A DNA stretch of 63,168 nucleotides, filler included, from Octopus bimaculoides (lineage: Eukaryota), in the NCBI RefSeq assembly GCF_001194135.2. It is 5 parts of 4 records of this genome, joined end to end, with 100 filler letters (N's around TTAATTAATTAA, not from the genome) between each part and the next. Parts side by side here need not be neighbours in the genome. Positions count along the whole stretch, not along the records: positions 60,939 to 63,168 come from NC_068986.1; 4 more parts are not named here. One strand, 5' to 3'. How positions within the stretch are numbered: the stretch's first letter is position 1; each line of letters begins with the position of its first letter. Positions 60,939 through 63,168 of this stretch are shown here, piece by piece. The notes beneath the pieces are model-generated. The model saw only the letters and a list, made by a program, of their open reading frames with translations. It was not told where the DNA came from and did no database searches. A program made the position numbers and the translations under genes.

Positions 60939-61902
60939 CACTCTCTGCCCAAGATAACTCGGTATCATCACCAGGTTATCTGTGCGGAGAGAGAGTGTCG
61001 AAAATTGCTTCGCTAAATTTTCATTTAAGAATCTCACCTGTACCGTTCCAAATTTTCGTCCCCACATGACATGCCCTTGATGAGCCCATACAGGTTTAAG
61101 GCAAATCTCGATCTTCTCTGTGCTAAAATTTTCTACACGTCTGGTCTTTGCGTTTACCAGTTTATAAATGATGCATTTTTTGTTTTTTCTTTCTATAATT
61201 TCTTTTGGAATGTTTAACATCATCACTTTCTTTCGTAAGAAGGGATTTTGTGTCTTTAATTTGTTGTTGTGTGAATGTCACTATTGTTCTTTTTTCCTTT
61301 ATAGCATCTGCGAAATTTGTTTTTGTTGTGTTGGCGGACATGTTCTTTGGAACATTTTTGTTTATGTTGGTGTATGTACTGCCTGATTCAAAGGTGGTGG
61401 TAGTGGCAGCAGAGTTTGTTGAACAGGTGATGGAGTCAGTGCTGACGGCCGATAAATTTGCGTCCTTGCTGTTGTTGTTGCTTATGTTGTTGTTGTTGTT
61501 GCTGGTGGTGGTGGTGGTGGTGGCGGTGTAAACTTTCATGTTGTTGTCACTAGTGTTAGTAGATGGAGAGACTGCGTTAGTAGCAGTCGCCTCCGATCCA
61601 GATTTCCTCATAGTTTTCATGGTGGTGGTGGTGGTGGTGGCGGTGTAAACTTTCATGTTGTTGTCACTAGTGTTAGTAGATGGAGAGNNNNNNNNNNNNN
61701 NNNNNNNNNNNNNNNNNNNNNNNNNNNNNNNNNNNNNNNNNNNNNNNNNNNNNNNNNNNNNNNNNNNNNNNNNNNNNNNNNNNNNNNNNNNNNNNNNNNN
61801 NNNNNNNNNNNNNNNNNNNNTTTTCTCTTCTGGCATCTGAAGCCTCGGGAAATGCTTATCAAAAGAACAAGACAAGCGTTCCAAAATTATGTTTCTCGAC
61901 AT
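60939..61902 (-). mobile_element. Probable non-LTR retrotransposon ORF1 (gag-like), frameshifted, with a Thr/Asn-rich repeat N-terminus
   Basis: A low-complexity frame with a KTNFADAIK motif (SYA..V-like) shifts near 61226 into an RRM-like stretch (VMWGRKFGTVQVRF...LVMIPSYLGQRV); 117-bp direct repeat; cut by N gaps. Confidence 0.5.
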
Positions 61903-62102
61903 TTTTCAAATGTCGAGAAAGAAATTTTTGTATTTTGCTAGGGCCGAAACTGCCCCTGGGGGCCAATTCCTGCCTTTGAAAATACACAGAAATGAAGCCT
62001 AGGTGCTTCGCAACAAAAATATTTAAAAAATCCAACAAAATGTGGACAATAAAAGGTCAAATAAACGTTTACATCTGCAGCCGATGTGACAGTACGTCCG
62101 TC

Positions 62103-62163
<61 letters not shown>

Positions 62164-63168
62164 CTTGCATATATATGAATGACACCATAACGCAGTTCTT
62201 ATAAATAAGCATTATCTCAATGTTCTCCAAATAGTGTGTCGCAGCTTTTTTAAAGAATTAGCTAAGGCTTAATCTTTAAAAAACTTCCAAATAATGATTG
62301 AGCGTCTTGGAAAACATATTAATAGAAATATCCCATATATGCCTAATGAAAGAAAGTAAAGCAATAGTCTTAAATCTTAGTTTTCCGACATTTTTCCCTT
62401 TTTTTAACAGTTTTTTTATAACTTCCCATATCAAGTGAACTGATAATAATTCTTTTTTTATATAAATTGATCCCCACCTAGTGTGCAATGAAGTAAAACT
62501 AATTGAAAACTATTGCCTTATTTTCTATAAATAAAAGCGTATTCAATTTTTAAAGAAGTTATAAATAACCATAGATATTTATACGATAGATATCCGAGCC
62601 CCGAGGAACAGCTGCTGGACTTGTAACACCTTACATCCGCCCTGCCGTTTGTACTCTGTGTGTGTTTGGTCCTTTGACATATAAATATATTTATGTCTAT
62701 ACTGTGGACACATGCACGGACATATACACGCATACACATCACAGCAATGAGGATGACCTCGACGGAGACAGGAAAATTCATAAATTATGACTGTGGGGTG
62801 AATAATTTCAGTTTGTAGCCCATGGCTTCGAGGTCAGTTTCCCTGTATAACACATTGGACAAATGTCTTCTATTATAACTACGGGCCGACCAGTATCTTC
62901 TGATTGGGGGAAAATATGTAGAAGCTTGTGTGTGTGTGTGTGTGTGTGAGTGTGTGTGTGTGTGTGTGTTTGGTGTACTGTTCTGTGATGGTAAGATCAA
63001 CAAGAAAAACAGTACCCCATCTGGTGCAAGTTAACATTTAACTAATAAGCGCAATATATGCTTTCATGTGCGGAAAGCATGTCGGACAGTAGTTTTTAAC
63101 ACATCTGGTGTCGTAGTCCAATCGTCAGGCACTGGAGATTGTGTTAGGATATCGGATGTGTTAAAAAG

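Noticed and set aside
63040-63168. CTGACGA on the minus strand inside a 15-bp inverted repeat (ttttaacacatc)
   Set aside because: GACA instead of GAAA, no helix I or III, and truncated by the window edge.
1-63168. CRISPR arrays, operons or other prokaryotic systems
   Set aside because: The sequence is eukaryotic with spliceosomal introns; no regularly spaced repeat-spacer array is present.

Overview
AT-rich, microsatellite- and SINE-dense animal DNA; the repeat families and gappy assembly look like an octopus draft genome (inference). Two partial protein-coding genes are firmly supported. (1) Huntingtin (HTT), minus strand: 18 consecutive GT-AG exons between 15505 and 9 that splice into 840 uninterrupted codons of the C-terminal half; the gene runs off the left edge and its 5' exons are absent from the window. 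(2) PLAA/Doa1/Ufd3, plus strand: exons 1-7 from ATG 40187 to 58479 (390 codons, WD40 propeller and start of PFU); the later exons are absent. Four 100-bp artificial spacers (44 N + TTAATTAATTAA + 44 N) cut the window into blocks, and both genes stop at a spacer, so gene adjacency may not be real. Other content: a decayed DD34E Tc1 transposon, RTE and CR1/L2-like LINE fragments, a LINE ORF1-like frame, at least five SINE-like families and several MITEs. Main hunt result: several hammerhead-ribozyme folds from unrelated repeats. One has a near-canonical type I core (CUGACGA...GAAA...GUC) and lies in the sense strand of an HTT intron; others are minimal Penelope-type motifs in PLAA introns and intergenic DNA. 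Also noted: a CpG-decay footprint over gene bodies, a shared LINE/SINE 3' tail, and orphan exon candidates in the 16-39 kb block. All calls were made by eye with no database search.
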